Below, in pieces: positions 20,943-31,253 of a DNA stretch of 64,000 nucleotides; the stretch's first letter is position 1, and each line of letters begins with the position of its first letter. The notes below the pieces were generated by a model. It was not told where the DNA came from. It did not search any database and saw only the letters and a list, made by a program, of their open reading frames with translations. Source of the DNA: Opitutia bacterium (GTDB lineage: Bacteria > Verrucomicrobiota > Verrucomicrobiia > Opitutales > Opitutaceae); assembly GCA_947478395.1 (NCBI GenBank), contig CANJVR010000001.1, positions 160,001 to 224,000 on the forward strand, read 5' to 3'. The position numbers were made by a program, and so were the translations under genes.

Positions 20943-22223
20943 TTACTTCGCCTTCGCGAGTTCCACCGCATAGACGTGCATCGCCCCGTGAAGGTTCGAA
21001 CGAAAAATGATCCACTTCATGTCCGGGCTGAAATGCACGTTGGGCTCCAGTTGATAATTGTGCTGGCTCAGGTTGACGAGCCGTTCGGCCTTGAACACCC
21101 CGACGTCGATCAAGGTGTCGGCGCTCGGGTTCTTGATTCCGGCCACATCGGGCACGCGTTCCGGACTGAATAGGTAGAGCCATTTACCGTCGGGGGCATG
21201 CGCGACCATCTCGTTGTCGCCCCCATCGCCGGCGAACAGTTTGCCGTCGGGCGAAATTGTGAAATGCACCGACCAGTAGTTTCGATCGAGGTGATAACGC
21301 GTGCGCTTGCCGGTCGCGAAGTCGACACCCGCCACCCAGAAATCTTCGCCGCGCGGCGTCTGCAGATCGTACCACATGCCCTTGCCGTCGGGGGCGAAGA
21401 ATTCGTGGCCGGCGATCTCCATGTTCATCGTGCGGGCGTGCAGATTTTTTAAGCCCGACCCGTCCGTGCGCACGGCCCAAAGTCGGTCGACCCGGTGCCA
21501 CGGGCCTTCATGGCAAAATACCACGAGCTGCGGATCGGTGGGCGAAAATTGCACGTGACCGAGCCAGTCCGTGGCGCGGTTGAACTTCGTCACCTTCCCG
21601 TTGCGCAGATCGAGCGTGAAGAGCGCCATCGGAATCTTTTTCTCCAGCCGCTCATTGAGGAGAACTTCACGTTGTTCAGCGAACGGGAGTTCCTGGCCTT
21701 GCGGTCCGCGAATGATCTGGCCCGGCGCCGGCCAGCCTACGGTCCCGGTAGGCTTCTCCCCCTCGTACAGCGTGCCGGCTACCAGGGTTTCGTCCGCGTT
21801 GATCGCCGACATCGCCGTGTCGGGCGGAAGCTTCGCGAGTTCGCGCGTGACCAGCGTATCGATGTGCGTGACCCAGATCGCACCGTCTTTTTCGTAGTAA
21901 ACGTTGCGCGTCTTCCGCCCAACCTCAACGCCGCCGCTCCCGCGCACGGTGTACTTTAGACCGGGCACGATGAGTTTGATTTCGTGGGTTTTAAGATCGA
22001 TGACCGACAATCCGCCCGGCGTGACGAACACCATCTTGTCCCCTTCGGCAGTGAAAGGATTCTGGTGAAAGTAGAGGCTCGCACTCTCCGGCTCGCGCGA
22101 GAGGCGCACGACGCGATGGCCGGTGTCGGCATCAATCCATTCGGTCGGCGGTTCGGCCGCGACAAGCGAGACCGCGCGGAGCAGGCCGAGAAAAAGGAAA
22201 ATTCGGAGCGATAGAGCGGACAT
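20943..22223 (-). CDS. Oligogalacturonate lyase family (PL22-like) protein
   Basis: WIDADTGHRVVRLS, LYFHQN, GHVQFSPTDP, FCHEGPW, GHEFF, EPNVHFSPD. Confidence 0.88.
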   Translation of the reverse strand: MSALSLRIFLFLGLLRAVSLVAAEPPTEWIDADTGHRVVRLSREPESASLYFHQNPFTAEGDKMVFVTPGGLSVIDLKTHEIKLIVPGLKYTVRGSGGVEVGRKTRNVYYEKDGAIWVTHIDTLVTRELAKLPPDTAMSAINADETLVAGTLYEGEKPTGTVGWPAPGQIIRGPQGQELPFAEQREVLLNERLEKKIPMALFTLDLRNGKVTKFNRATDWLGHVQFSPTDPQLVVFCHEGPWHRVDRLWAVRTDGSGLKNLHARTMNMEIAGHEFFAPDGKGMWYDLQTPRGEDFWVAGVDFATGKRTRYHLDRNYWSVHFTISPDGKLFAGDGGDNEMVAHAPDGKWLYLFSPERVPDVAGIKNPSADTLIDVGVFKAERLVNLSQHNYQLEPNVHFSPDMKWIIFRSNLHGAMHVYAVELAKAK

Positions 22224-22273
22224 GACGGGGAAGATGGAGGGAAGCGGCAGAAGATTAAGTCTTTTATTCATGA

Positions 22274-22386
22274 GACACACGGAGCACTCGGAATAGCACC
22301 AATAAGCGCGACGCCTTCATCCTTTGAGCGCGGATTCATGGCGTCCGGATAAAATCCATGACTGTTTCCAGGTGTTCTGTGGGCAA
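22274..22386. repeat. Degenerate empty copy of the cacggaa-type inverted repeat
   Basis: cacacggagcactcggaa ... tttccaggtgttctgtgggcaa; end matches gttccgtgggcaa of cassette 2. Confidence 0.55.
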
Positions 22387-22415
22387 ATAGCTAAATCCGT
22401 GCGCCCGATTCCGGC

Positions 22416-22460
22416 TCAGTGCGCCTTCGCGATTTCCACGGCGCAGCCGTGCGTGGCGCC
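22416..22460 (-). pseudogene. Orphan duplicate of the lyase 3' end
   Basis: Minus strand reads GATHGCAVEIAKAH*, compared with GANHVYAVEIAKAKK* and GAMHVYAVELAKAK* in the neighbouring genes. Confidence 0.7.
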
Positions 22461-22503
22461 GTGCCCGCACGCTGCGACGTCGAACGCGTAACCGACGCGA
22501 CGC

Positions 22504-23955
22504 TTACTTTTTCGCCTTCGCGATTTCGACGGCGTAAACGTGGTTCGCGCCTTGGAAATTACCGGTGAAGATCACCCACTTGTTGTCGGGCGTGATCGAG
22601 CCGTTGGGCTCCACGCCGCCGCGGCCGGTCACGTAATTATGCTTCGCCATGTTGACGAGTTTCTCGCGCGGCATCGTGCCGTCGGCCTGCGGACGGAAAA
22701 GATTGATCCACATCCCGTTTTTCGAAAACGCCACCTGCGTCTCATCGCCGCCGTCGCCCATGAAAAGGGTGCCGTCGCGCGAACGATTGTAGTGTACGGA
22801 CCAGGCATCGCGATCGACCGGGTAGCGCGTTTCTTTGCCACTCGCGAGGTCCACGCCCGCGATCCAGAAGACCTGGCTGCGCGGCGTCTGCAGGTCGAAC
22901 CAGATGCTTTTGCCGTCGAAGGCCCACCACTCGTGCCCGGCGATTTCCATGTCCATCGTGCGCTTGTGGCGGAGCGTTTGCTCCGTGCCGTCGGTGCGGA
23001 TGGTCCACACGCGATCCACTTCGTGCCACGTGCCTTCATAGCAATAGAGCAGCATCGTCGGATCGGTGGGTGAGAACTGCATGTGGTTCAGCGAACCATA
23101 TTGATAACCGACGGTCTTCGCTTCGCCGGTTTTGAGATTGGTAAAGATGTACGCCATGCCGGTCGGATTCACTGCGCGCCGGGCGAGACCTTCTTCCTTG
23201 TTGACCGCGTATTGCTGCTCGGGCGTGAGGTCGGTCAATTTCTTTCCGGGAAACATCCGCTCGAGCTGGGGCTTCGGTTCGCGAAAGGCCGGCTTGGGCG
23301 TAGCGCCAGATGGATCTTCGGCCGCGATCGTCGAAAGCGTGAACGTTTCATCGGCGTTGATCAGCGCGCGCGTGGCGTTCGGAACTTTGCGCTCAGCCTT
23401 CGTATCGACGTTGAACGCGAAGACTTCGCCACCGCCGAAGCCGCCGCCGCCGCCGCCGCGTCCACCGCGGGCGCCGGCCGCGGGAGATGCGTCGGGCGCC
23501 GGAGGCAGGGCCGCCGTCGTGGCCGCCGCGGGCGCGGCACCAGCGGCGGGATTCGCTGGAGCGCCAGGAGCAACCGCTCCCCGAGCACCGCGACCGCCGC
23601 CCTGCGCACCGCCGCGAACGAAATAAATTTCCCGAGTGCGGCGTGCCGCATAACTACCGCGACCGCCCTCGATCGCGATCTCCGACTGCGGCGGAGTGAC
23701 GCCGAGCTTGGTGATATCGATCATCCCAATGCCACCGCTGGCTATTTCGAAAATCAGTTTATCGCCCTGTGGCGTATAGGAGTTGTCGTGGAAATAAAGC
23801 GTGCGGCTGCCCGGAACGGTCGAGAGGCGGATGATCCGGTGACCGGTGTCAGCATCGATCCAATCGGTGGCATCGGGCGGGATGTCGGCCGCATGCGCCA
23901 GCCAGGAGGCAGCGACAAAGACCAACGCGGAAGCGAAACGAGCGGGATGATTCAT
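22504..23955 (-). CDS. Oligogalacturonate lyase family (PL22-like) protein, paralogue with Gly/Ala/Pro insert
   Basis: WIDADTGHRIIRLS, LYFHDN, NHMQFSPTDP, YEGTW, GHEWW, EPN. Confidence 0.88.
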   Translation of the reverse strand: MNHPARFASALVFVAASWLAHAADIPPDATDWIDADTGHRIIRLSTVPGSRTLYFHDNSYTPQGDKLIFEIASGGIGMIDITKLGVTPPQSEIAIEGGRGSYAARRTREIYFVRGGAQGGGRGARGAVAPGAPANPAAGAAPAAATTAALPPAPDASPAAGARGGRGGGGGGFGGGEVFAFNVDTKAERKVPNATRALINADETFTLSTIAAEDPSGATPKPAFREPKPQLERMFPGKKLTDLTPEQQYAVNKEEGLARRAVNPTGMAYIFTNLKTGEAKTVGYQYGSLNHMQFSPTDPTMLLYCYEGTWHEVDRVWTIRTDGTEQTLRHKRTMDMEIAGHEWWAFDGKSIWFDLQTPRSQVFWIAGVDLASGKETRYPVDRDAWSVHYNRSRDGTLFMGDGGDETQVAFSKNGMWINLFRPQADGTMPREKLVNMAKHNYVTGRGGVEPNGSITPDNKWVIFTGNFQGANHVYAVEIAKAKK

Positions 23956-24048
23956 GGGGATAAATTGGTATTCCACGCGCAAAGACGGAGCCGGTCGGAA
24001 AACGGCTCGCGCCGATGAAAAACAGAAAACCAACGCGGCCGGACTAAC

Positions 24049-24156
24049 CTAGCGCAGTTTAAGTTTTTCTGGGGCGATTTTTCGTAGCGGCAGGCGTCTC
24101 TGCCTGCCGGGTTTAGGGTTCTCGTAGCGACTCCACTTGCGGTTAAACTGCTTTAG
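24049..24156 (-). repeat. MITE/REP element copy A (internally deleted, reversed)
   Basis: ctagcgcagttt...gtagcggcaggcgtctctgcctgccg...aaactgctttag. Confidence 0.75.
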
Positions 24157-25295
24157 CGCGCCACGGCCGATTTGCCGGCGAGCTGCCAGACTTCGCTGCC
24201 GGCCAGCAGGAAACAGCCGATGCCGAAATCTTCAAAGTCCGGCGCCTTGTCTACCGCCGTGGGTTGGCCCTCGCTCGGTTGTTTACCCGTGCCTTGGACA
24301 TAACCCAGAAAACCGTTCGGCTGGGCCGACTCGGTGGCCAAGGCCTTCCACGCCTTCGCGATGACGGGCCGATAGACCGCGGCGTCGAGCACCCCGTGTC
24401 GCACGCCCCAAGCCATACCATAGGTAAACAGCGCCGTGCCCGAGGTCTCCTTGCCACCGAAATTATTCGGATCATGCAAACTCGCGTTCCAGAAACCATC
24501 CGAACGCTGCACTTTTCGCAGCGCCTCGCACATCGTCTGGAGCATGGAAACATATTCCGCCCGGTGGGGCGCGTCGGCGGGCAGGATGTCGAGGACGCGG
24601 ACCAGCGCAGCCACGACCCAGCCATTGCCACGGGACCAGTAGCAATCCTCGCCATTGGGCTCTTTGTAGGGGGCAACGAAATCCTTGTCGCGCCACCAGA
24701 GACCGTCGGCCGGATTAAATAGTCCTTTGCCACCCTCCACGTTTTTCGTGTGGAGGTACATCGCGTGCATTTTCTCGAAATACTTCGGATCCTTCGTGAT
24801 CACGCCGAGACGGGCAAAAACCGGCATACCCATTTGGATCGCATCGATCCAAGTCCAGTCGTTGTCGCGATCGCCTGAGACGATAAAATCGATGTCCGCC
24901 TTGATATCGCGCATCCGCTCCGGCTTCGGATCGAGCAGGTAAAGCTCCAAGTAGGTCTGTCCACAGCACTGGTCGTCGGCATTGCGCGTACGGGTGCCCG
25001 TGCGCAATCCCCACTTGTGAAAATCGCCCCAGCGTACCGCGTAGTCGAGCGCCTTCGCGTCAGGCGCAATCCGTTGCACCGCCGTCAGACCCTCGTAGTA
25101 AACGCCGCGCGTCCAGATGTTGCTCGGACGCGCGCGGTTGGTGACGATCTCTTTGCCCGGATCGGGCCACTTTTCCATGAAGTAGCGATTCACCCGTTGG
25201 AGCGGCTCCAGGATCTGGGCTTGCGAGGGCAACTCCTGCGCGGACAGCGAGGCGGCGAAGACGGCAAAGGCGACGAAAGATGGGGCGAGTTTCAT
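24153..25295 (-). CDS. GH105-like unsaturated rhamnogalacturonyl hydrolase
   Basis: WTRGVYYEG, ADDQCCGQ, WIDAIQM, WSRGNGW, ETSGTALF. Confidence 0.88.
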   Translation of the reverse strand: MKLAPSFVAFAVFAASLSAQELPSQAQILEPLQRVNRYFMEKWPDPGKEIVTNRARPSNIWTRGVYYEGLTAVQRIAPDAKALDYAVRWGDFHKWGLRTGTRTRNADDQCCGQTYLELYLLDPKPERMRDIKADIDFIVSGDRDNDWTWIDAIQMGMPVFARLGVITKDPKYFEKMHAMYLHTKNVEGGKGLFNPADGLWWRDKDFVAPYKEPNGEDCYWSRGNGWVVAALVRVLDILPADAPHRAEYVSMLQTMCEALRKVQRSDGFWNASLHDPNNFGGKETSGTALFTYGMAWGVRHGVLDAAVYRPVIAKAWKALATESAQPNGFLGYVQGTGKQPSEGQPTAVDKAPDFEDFGIGCFLLAGSEVWQLAGKSAVAR

Positions 25296-25473
25296 CAGTT
25301 CGACTAAATTTTGGCCGAAACAAAAATTGTTCAAGCCCTCGGATCGGCTCCAGCGTCCCAGATCCGCGGACAGTCCTTGATGAATGCGCATCAGCCGATG
25401 TCTCGAAACAAAACGATCGAGTGCGCGTCTGTGCTTTCCGGCCTCTAATTTTACGTCGTATCCCTTACTTCCT

Positions 25474-26394
25474 ATGCCCTTCGTCCGCCTGCTCCAAACC
25501 GCCTTCCACTGTTTTGCATTCGTCGCTCCCGTCGCCGGCTTGATCGCGCAAACTCCGTCGGCGGCCCCAACCGCCAACACCGCTGTGGCCGCCGCACCTG
25601 CCCCCGCGCGCCCGCGGCCGGGTCAACCCGAGCCGGCCAACGCCAAGCTGCCTTCCCTCTTTCTCATCGGTGACTCGACCGTGCGCAATGGCGCCGGCGA
25701 TGGCGCCGGCGGCCAATGGGGTTGGGGCGAACCGCTCACGGCATTCTTCGATCCGGCAAAAATCAATGTCGTCAACCGGGCCGTCGGCGGACTCAGCAGC
25801 CGCACCTACCTCACGCTCGGCAATTGGGAGCGCGCGTTGCCCCTGATGAAGTCGGGCGACTTCGTCATCATGCAGTTCGGGCACAACGACGATTGGGCCC
25901 TGAACAACGAGATTGAGGGCCAACCGCTCCGCGCCCGCGGCACGATCAAAGGCACCGGCGACGAATCCGTCGAAATCGACAACGTCATGACCAAGAAACA
26001 CGAGGTCGTGCACAGCTACGGCTGGTATCTGCGCCGTTTCATCGCCGACGCGCGCGAACGCGGCGTCACTCCGATCGTGGCCTCGCTCGTGCCCCGCAAG
26101 AAAATGGAAAACGGCAAGGTGCTCCACGAACCCTACGCGGCGTGGGCGGCCGAGGTCGCGCAGGCGACCAAAACGTGGTACCTGCCATTGAATGAAATCA
26201 TCTCCCGGCGCTACGAAGCGCTCGGCGCCGAGAAAGTGGGGCCGCTTTTCGCTGATGCCAACACTCACACCACGCGCGAGGGCGCGGAAATCAATGCGGC
26301 CAGCGTCGTCGGCGGATTAAAGGCGTTGCCCGGCCATCCGCTCGACGCCTATCTCTCGCCGCGAGGCGCCGCCGTGGAAAAGGAAACCAAATAA
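25474..26394 (+). CDS. Rhamnogalacturonan acetylesterase (CE12, SGNH)
   Basis: LIGDST, GWG, NRAVGGLSSRTY, QFGHND, DANTHT. Confidence 0.9.
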   Translation: MPFVRLLQTAFHCFAFVAPVAGLIAQTPSAAPTANTAVAAAPAPARPRPGQPEPANAKLPSLFLIGDSTVRNGAGDGAGGQWGWGEPLTAFFDPAKINVVNRAVGGLSSRTYLTLGNWERALPLMKSGDFVIMQFGHNDDWALNNEIEGQPLRARGTIKGTGDESVEIDNVMTKKHEVVHSYGWYLRRFIADARERGVTPIVASLVPRKKMENGKVLHEPYAAWAAEVAQATKTWYLPLNEIISRRYEALGAEKVGPLFADANTHTTREGAEINAASVVGGLKALPGHPLDAYLSPRGAAVEKETK

Positions 26395-26440
26395 CGCGCC
26401 GTTTCCGGCGCGAAGACACCGCGCCCGCCCCTCCCCTCTC

Positions 26441-27322
26441 ATGAACATCCCTGGCCCCATCGTCCTCGTCCTCGCGCTCGCCCTGCCCACGCTCGGCACC
26501 GCGGCGCAAATTTCCTCGGAAGGCGAGCCCATGCGTTCCGTGCGCGACGGAGATTTCATGTTTTCGTTTCTGCCCAAATCGCTCCAACGGAATCCCATCA
26601 TCGACATGACGGTGAACACCGAGGTCACCAACTACGGCCGTCTGATGCGTCCGGTGTCACCCGAGAGTCCGATGTACTACGTCGCCGCACCTTCGGGATT
26701 CAAGCAGCTCGGCGCGGCGCTCTACGGCGAAAAGTCACCGCCCGTCACCGAGCTCGAACGGGCGATGAAAAAATCGTTGGCCACCACCGGCTATGTTGAG
26801 AGCACGCTACCCGAGCATCCGCCGACGCTCGCGGTCATCTATTATTGGGGCTCGCACAATAAACTCGATCCCGAGACCGCGACGAATTTCCCGGACTTGG
26901 CTGCGCGTTACCAACTCGAACGCGCCGTCCTGGTCGGTGGAAAAAAATATTCTTCCAATCTGGCTCGGGCCCTCGAATACGGCGCGGGGCCGGAAGACCG
27001 TTCGAACGATCGCGAATACCTGCGCTATCAAAGCGCCGACGATCTCTATTTTGTCGTCGCATCCGCCTACGACTATGCCGCCTTGTCTCGTGGCCAGCGA
27101 AAGCTCGTGTGGCGCACCACGATGACGGCTAATGCAACCGGCGTGAACATGAAGGACAGCATCGTGCCGTTGATCGCGACGGCGGGGCCTTACTTCGGCA
27201 AGGAAACCGTCGATCCGCAAATCGCCGCCCGCAAGGTTTCGCGCGAGGGCCGCGTCGAGATCGGCGAATCGAAAGTAATTAACGACCCCGCGCCGGAGAT
27301 CCCGGCCAGCAAGCAGCCTTGA
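26441..27322 (+). CDS. Secreted hypothetical protein (paralogue of 60835 and 62078)
   Basis: Signal peptide; LPKSLQRNP, YYWGSHN, LVGG, YFVVASAYD, LVWRTTMT motifs shared with paralogues. Confidence 0.8.
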   Translation: MNIPGPIVLVLALALPTLGTAAQISSEGEPMRSVRDGDFMFSFLPKSLQRNPIIDMTVNTEVTNYGRLMRPVSPESPMYYVAAPSGFKQLGAALYGEKSPPVTELERAMKKSLATTGYVESTLPEHPPTLAVIYYWGSHNKLDPETATNFPDLAARYQLERAVLVGGKKYSSNLARALEYGAGPEDRSNDREYLRYQSADDLYFVVASAYDYAALSRGQRKLVWRTTMTANATGVNMKDSIVPLIATAGPYFGKETVDPQIAARKVSREGRVEIGESKVINDPAPEIPASKQP

Positions 27323-27600
27323 AGAGGTCACGCGTTTAAAAGGTGGGGCGGGCTATCCTCGAACCGCCGGTTACGGCGCCCGCCCACGCGAGGTTTCTCA
27401 GGCCTGTTTTCAACGGCACCTCGAGCATCGGCGAACTCACCTCGGTCGGATTGTTGCCCATCACGACCGTCACGCTGACCGCACGATGAACGCGTCGGGG
27501 GCGATCGAGTAAGAAATCCTGCGCTTCATTGATCGCCTTGCTTCCGTTTGGAACGGGACCTTGACAGCGCCAAGGTCCTACGCCTGCTTTTCGCCCAGAC

Positions 27601-27702
27601 ATGAACCTTAACGGCACGACGCTTCGCGTTTCGCTCCTCGCCCACTCCTCCGTGGTCGCAGTCGTCGTCGTGTCCGTTAGACACGCGCCGAGAGGGTTCT
27701 GA
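27601..27702 (+). CDS. Val-rich leader peptide (33 aa)
   Basis: MNLNGTTLRVSLLAHSSVVAVVVVSVRHAPRGF*; TTGACA at 27561-27566 upstream; terminator follows. Confidence 0.7.
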   Translation: MNLNGTTLRVSLLAHSSVVAVVVVSVRHAPRGF

Positions 27703-27718
27703 TCGTCTCCAGACTTTC

Positions 27719-27751
27719 GCCCCTCCGGTGCCACACCGGAGGGGCTTTTTT
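27719..27751 (+). terminator. Intrinsic terminator of the attenuator
   Basis: gcccctccggtg-cca-caccggaggggc-tttttt, perfect 12-bp stem. Confidence 0.88.
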
Positions 27752-27816
27752 ATGGGCCACTTTCCGGTGCCGGCCCGGGCGGGTTTTTAGCACAAAAACC
27801 AAAAACAACATCCGCC

Positions 27817-28011
27817 ATGTACACCGCCCTCCCAATCCAGCCGACGCGCCATGCCCGTCAGCCCATCCTGGCGTTCCGCCAGACAGCTACGCCCGCGCCC
27901 ACACCGCCGCCGCCGCCCACCCACGATTTTCTTGTGATGAGCGCCTGCCCGGATTTTACGCCGGAGCTGAGCCCCGCCTATCGCGAACGCATCGCTCAAC
28001 GATGCGCGTGA
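27817..28011 (+). CDS. Small hypothetical protein (64 aa)
   Basis: ATG after an A/C-rich leader, directly downstream of the attenuator. Confidence 0.55.
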   Translation: MYTALPIQPTRHARQPILAFRQTATPAPTPPPPPTHDFLVMSACPDFTPELSPAYRERIAQRCA

Positions 28012-28126
28012 TGGCCACAAACCTGCGGCGCGCCAGCGCCTTCATGGTCTTGAGGAGCGCGGCGCTACCTTCTGTTCGCGGCTTCGGGCTCGCCATCCGG
28101 GTCAACCGACCGCTCTTTTTGTGACT

Positions 28127-28654
28127 ATGGCGATTCTTCCAACTCCTCTTTCCAAACCGCAGCGCGGCCAGCCTTGCTCCTGCGGCAGCGGTCAGCTTTT
28201 CGAAGTGTGCTGCGAGCCGATCCTCACGCGCCAACGCCCGGCCGCCAACGCCGAGCAACTCATGCGTTCCCGCTTCACGGCTCACGTCGCCGGCGACGAC
28301 GCTCATCTCCACCGCTCCTACCAGGGCACGGCCAGTCTGCCCTACGTCGCCGAGCCGGCGTCCGAGGGCGCGCCGGCGTGGACCCGACTCGTTGTTCACC
28401 ACCATGACGTCGGCCCGACACCGGGTCTGGCCTTCGTGGAATTCTCCGCCTTCTACATCGAGCAAGACGTCGAACGCGTGCTGCAGGAAAAAGCCGAGTT
28501 CCACCAGATCAACGGCGAATGGATCTACACCCGCGCCGTCCGCCAGGGCCCCGCGCCCTATCGCGCGGCGCAAGCCAAGCCCGGCCGCAACGATCCGTGT
28601 CCGTGCGGCAGCGGAAAAAAATTCAAACAGTGCTGTCTGCTGAAAACGGGCTAA
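28127..28654 (+). CDS. ychJ: YchJ family protein with SEC-C motifs
   Basis: [43 protein letters not shown]. Confidence 0.88.
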   Translation: MAILPTPLSKPQRGQPCSCGSGQLFEVCCEPILTRQRPAANAEQLMRSRFTAHVAGDDAHLHRSYQGTASLPYVAEPASEGAPAWTRLVVHHHDVGPTPGLAFVEFSAFYIEQDVERVLQEKAEFHQINGEWIYTRAVRQGPAPYRAAQAKPGRNDPCPCGSGKKFKQCCLLKTG

Positions 28655-28790
28655 AGCGGTCTAACCAAAAGCGTAGCCGCTGACGACGTAGCAGCCGGCG
28701 TCCCTGCCTGCCGAAATGAGGACGCTGAACGCGGCAGGCCGGGACGCCTGCCGCTACACAGAACGGCCACGGAAAAACTTAACCGCGCCG
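28651..28790 (+). repeat. MITE/REP element copy B
   Basis: ctaaagcggt...gtagcagccggcgtccctgcctgccg...cggcaggccgggacgcctgccgctac...aaccgcgccg. Confidence 0.8.
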
Positions 28791-28818
28791 CCCAAGCCCG
28801 CGGCAAAGGGAAGACCGG

Positions 28819-29901
28819 TTACTTGGTCACCGGCTTGTACCCCTGCCAGACCCATTCGAGCGCTTGCGGGTACGTTTGGGCGATGACCTTACCGTCGGTG
28901 TGGCCCGCCGCTTTGGCGTAGACCAGCTGATAGTGGTAGCCCTTGGCCTTGAGGACGGCGGCCATCTGCTTGTTCGCGATGATCCAGTTACGGTAAGCCG
29001 AACCGGCGGTCGCGGCTCCATTGTCATTCTGTGAAACGTGCAGCCAGACGCGCAACGGTTTGGCCGGGCTCTTCGGGATGAAATTCTCATGGTATTCCCA
29101 TGCACCGTGCGGCGCGGACTCGTCGCGCTTCAAACCGACAAACGTGCCCGAATACGACAGCACGCGGCGATAAAGCTCCGGGTGAAACCACGCCATCGTA
29201 AACGCCGCCACCCCGCCCGAGCTGCCGCCGAGCGTCATGCGCCCGTCCGGGTCTTTCGTGATGACCACGCCGGCCTCTTTTTCCGCCCGCGGTAAAACCT
29301 CCGCTTCCACAAACTCAGCGTACTTAGCGGAGACGACGTCGTATTCCATGCTCCGCTCGGTCCCGCCGTTCGCGATCATCACCGCGACGATCACCGGCAG
29401 ACGTTTGTCGGCGATCATGTTGTCGAGAATGTTGGGGAGCTGATTGTTTCGCGCCCCGTAGGCATCACACGACACGATCACAGCCGCCGGTTTGCCGGCG
29501 ACGTATTGAGCGGGAACATAGACGGTCACCGCGCGCTTGAACGTGGCGCCGTCGACGCCGGGATAAAATTTACTGTCGGCCGAATCCATCGTAAACGTGA
29601 CGATCTTTCCGTGCGGCCCACCCTCGCGCCCGGTCTGCTCGGGCGCGGGAGCGTACGTCGGGCCGACGGAATAGCTACCATCGCCGGCGCCGGCCTTCCA
29701 AGCGGGCAGCTCGCCGAGCTGGTCGATGTCGGCCTGCTCGGCCGGCGTGATCGGAGCAGCCGGAGGACCGCCCCTCCGCGCCGCGGGCGCGCCCGCCGGA
29801 GCGGCCGCCGGCGCGTCAGCGCCCAACACCGAATACGCGGACGAGAGCAGGACAAGCGCAGCGAGGGCGCGAATTAGGCGGAGGTTTGATTTTAGGGGCA
29901 T
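28819..29901 (-). CDS. Secreted esterase (Fes/enterochelin esterase-like fold)
   Basis: VYVPAQY, RSMEYD, GGSSGG, YSGTF. Confidence 0.85.
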   Translation of the reverse strand: MPLKSNLRLIRALAALVLLSSAYSVLGADAPAAAPAGAPAARRGGPPAAPITPAEQADIDQLGELPAWKAGAGDGSYSVGPTYAPAPEQTGREGGPHGKIVTFTMDSADSKFYPGVDGATFKRAVTVYVPAQYVAGKPAAVIVSCDAYGARNNQLPNILDNMIADKRLPVIVAVMIANGGTERSMEYDVVSAKYAEFVEAEVLPRAEKEAGVVITKDPDGRMTLGGSSGGVAAFTMAWFHPELYRRVLSYSGTFVGLKRDESAPHGAWEYHENFIPKSPAKPLRVWLHVSQNDNGAATAGSAYRNWIIANKQMAAVLKAKGYHYQLVYAKAAGHTDGKVIAQTYPQALEWVWQGYKPVTK

Positions 29902-30035
29902 GGGTTTGGGGTTGGGCCATCGGGGTTGTGCTCGCTTCGTCAACGACGGGCCAGATCAAATCCCAAGTTCGGTGCACGGTCATTTCAAACGGCTCGACGC
30001 CGGCCATCGTCGGCGTTCCATTTCTGCACTGCCCC

Positions 30036-31160
30036 ATGAAAACCCCCACTCCACTAACTCCACCGCCTTGGTCGTCCTGCCGCTTCGGTTCGACCCTCCT
30101 TCTCGCACTCGGCCTCGCCGCCGCGAGTGTCTCGGCCGCACCGACCGACGATGTTTACAAACTTGGTCCGGATTCCGCGCCGCAGCCGGGCGTGCCGCAA
30201 GGCAAGGTCTCGGGCTGGCGTCAGCTCCCGAGTCAGGCCTACCCCGGCACACTGCACGATTACTGCGTGTATGTGCCCGCCCAGTACGATGCGGCGAAGC
30301 CCGCCGCGTTAATGATCTTTCAGGACGGCCAAGCTTGGGCCAATTCCGAGGGTGAGTACCGCACGCCGTTCGTTTTGGACAACTTGATCTATCGCCGCGA
30401 AATCCCGGTGACGATCGCGGTCTTCATCAACCCCGGCCGCACGCCCGAACAGGAAATGGCGATACTCTCCAACTGGGGCGACCGCGGCTCAAACCGCGGG
30501 CAGGAATACAACGCCCTCGACGACAAATACGCACACGTGATCACGGACGAGCTGATGCCGGTGCTCGAAAAACAGTACAATCTCTCGAAAAACCCCGACG
30601 AACGCGCCCTCGCCGGAGCGAGCTCGGGTGCAATCGCGGCGTTCACGGTCGCCTGGCACCGGCCAGATCAGTTTCACAAAGTCATCAGCACGATCGGCAG
30701 CTTCACGAATATCCGCGGCGGCCACGTTTATCCCGATCTCATCCGCAGCAACGACCGGAAGCCGATCCGGATTTTTTTGCAGGACGGCTTGAACGACAAC
30801 CGCGGCATCGGTCGCGGCGGTCCGCGTGGCGGACAACCGCCCGCTGGCGGCCGCGCGGCCGTTGCGAATACGCCGGCCCCCGCGACCGCGACCCCGGCGG
30901 CGCCCACGCCGGCCGCACCGAGTTACGACGCCACACGCGACTGGCACGGGCAGAACATCAAGATGGTCGCCGCACTCACGGAGAAAGGATACGACGTAAA
31001 CTACAGCTTCGGTATCGGCACGCACTCGAACAAACAGGGCGGCGCAATCCTGCCCGACATGCTCCGCTGGCTCTGGCGCGATTATCCGCGCGCCGACGAT
31101 CCGATCGACGCCAGCAACCGCACGCTGCTCACGCCGCCGGCCGCCGGGCCCGGTAGGTGA
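30036..31160 (+). CDS. Secreted esterase (Fes-like), divergently transcribed paralogue
   Basis: [36 protein letters not shown]. Confidence 0.85.
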   Translation: MKTPTPLTPPPWSSCRFGSTLLLALGLAAASVSAAPTDDVYKLGPDSAPQPGVPQGKVSGWRQLPSQAYPGTLHDYCVYVPAQYDAAKPAALMIFQDGQAWANSEGEYRTPFVLDNLIYRREIPVTIAVFINPGRTPEQEMAILSNWGDRGSNRGQEYNALDDKYAHVITDELMPVLEKQYNLSKNPDERALAGASSGAIAAFTVAWHRPDQFHKVISTIGSFTNIRGGHVYPDLIRSNDRKPIRIFLQDGLNDNRGIGRGGPRGGQPPAGGRAAVANTPAPATATPAAPTPAAPSYDATRDWHGQNIKMVAALTEKGYDVNYSFGIGTHSNKQGGAILPDMLRWLWRDYPRADDPIDASNRTLLTPPAAGPGR

Positions 31161-31180
31161 TCGCGCAAAACGCTGATTGA

Positions 31181-31253
31181 TGTGGGCGGGGTGTCCTCAC
31201 CCCGCTTGGACATCGCTGATTGAACGACGTTTTGCGGGTTGAAGGCACCCCGC
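31181..31253. repeat. REP-like palindrome pair (gtgggcggggtg family)
   Basis: gcggggtgtcctcaccccgc and gcgggttgaaggcaccccgc; similar units at 36203-36282 and 61860. Confidence 0.65.

Larger units (their letters stand above)
27601..27751 (+). promoter_or_regulatory. Ribosome-mediated transcription attenuator (branched-chain amino acid type)
   Basis: Leader peptide plus terminator; ccgagaggg at the leader end can pair with the 5' arm ccctccgg as an antiterminator. Confidence 0.7.
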
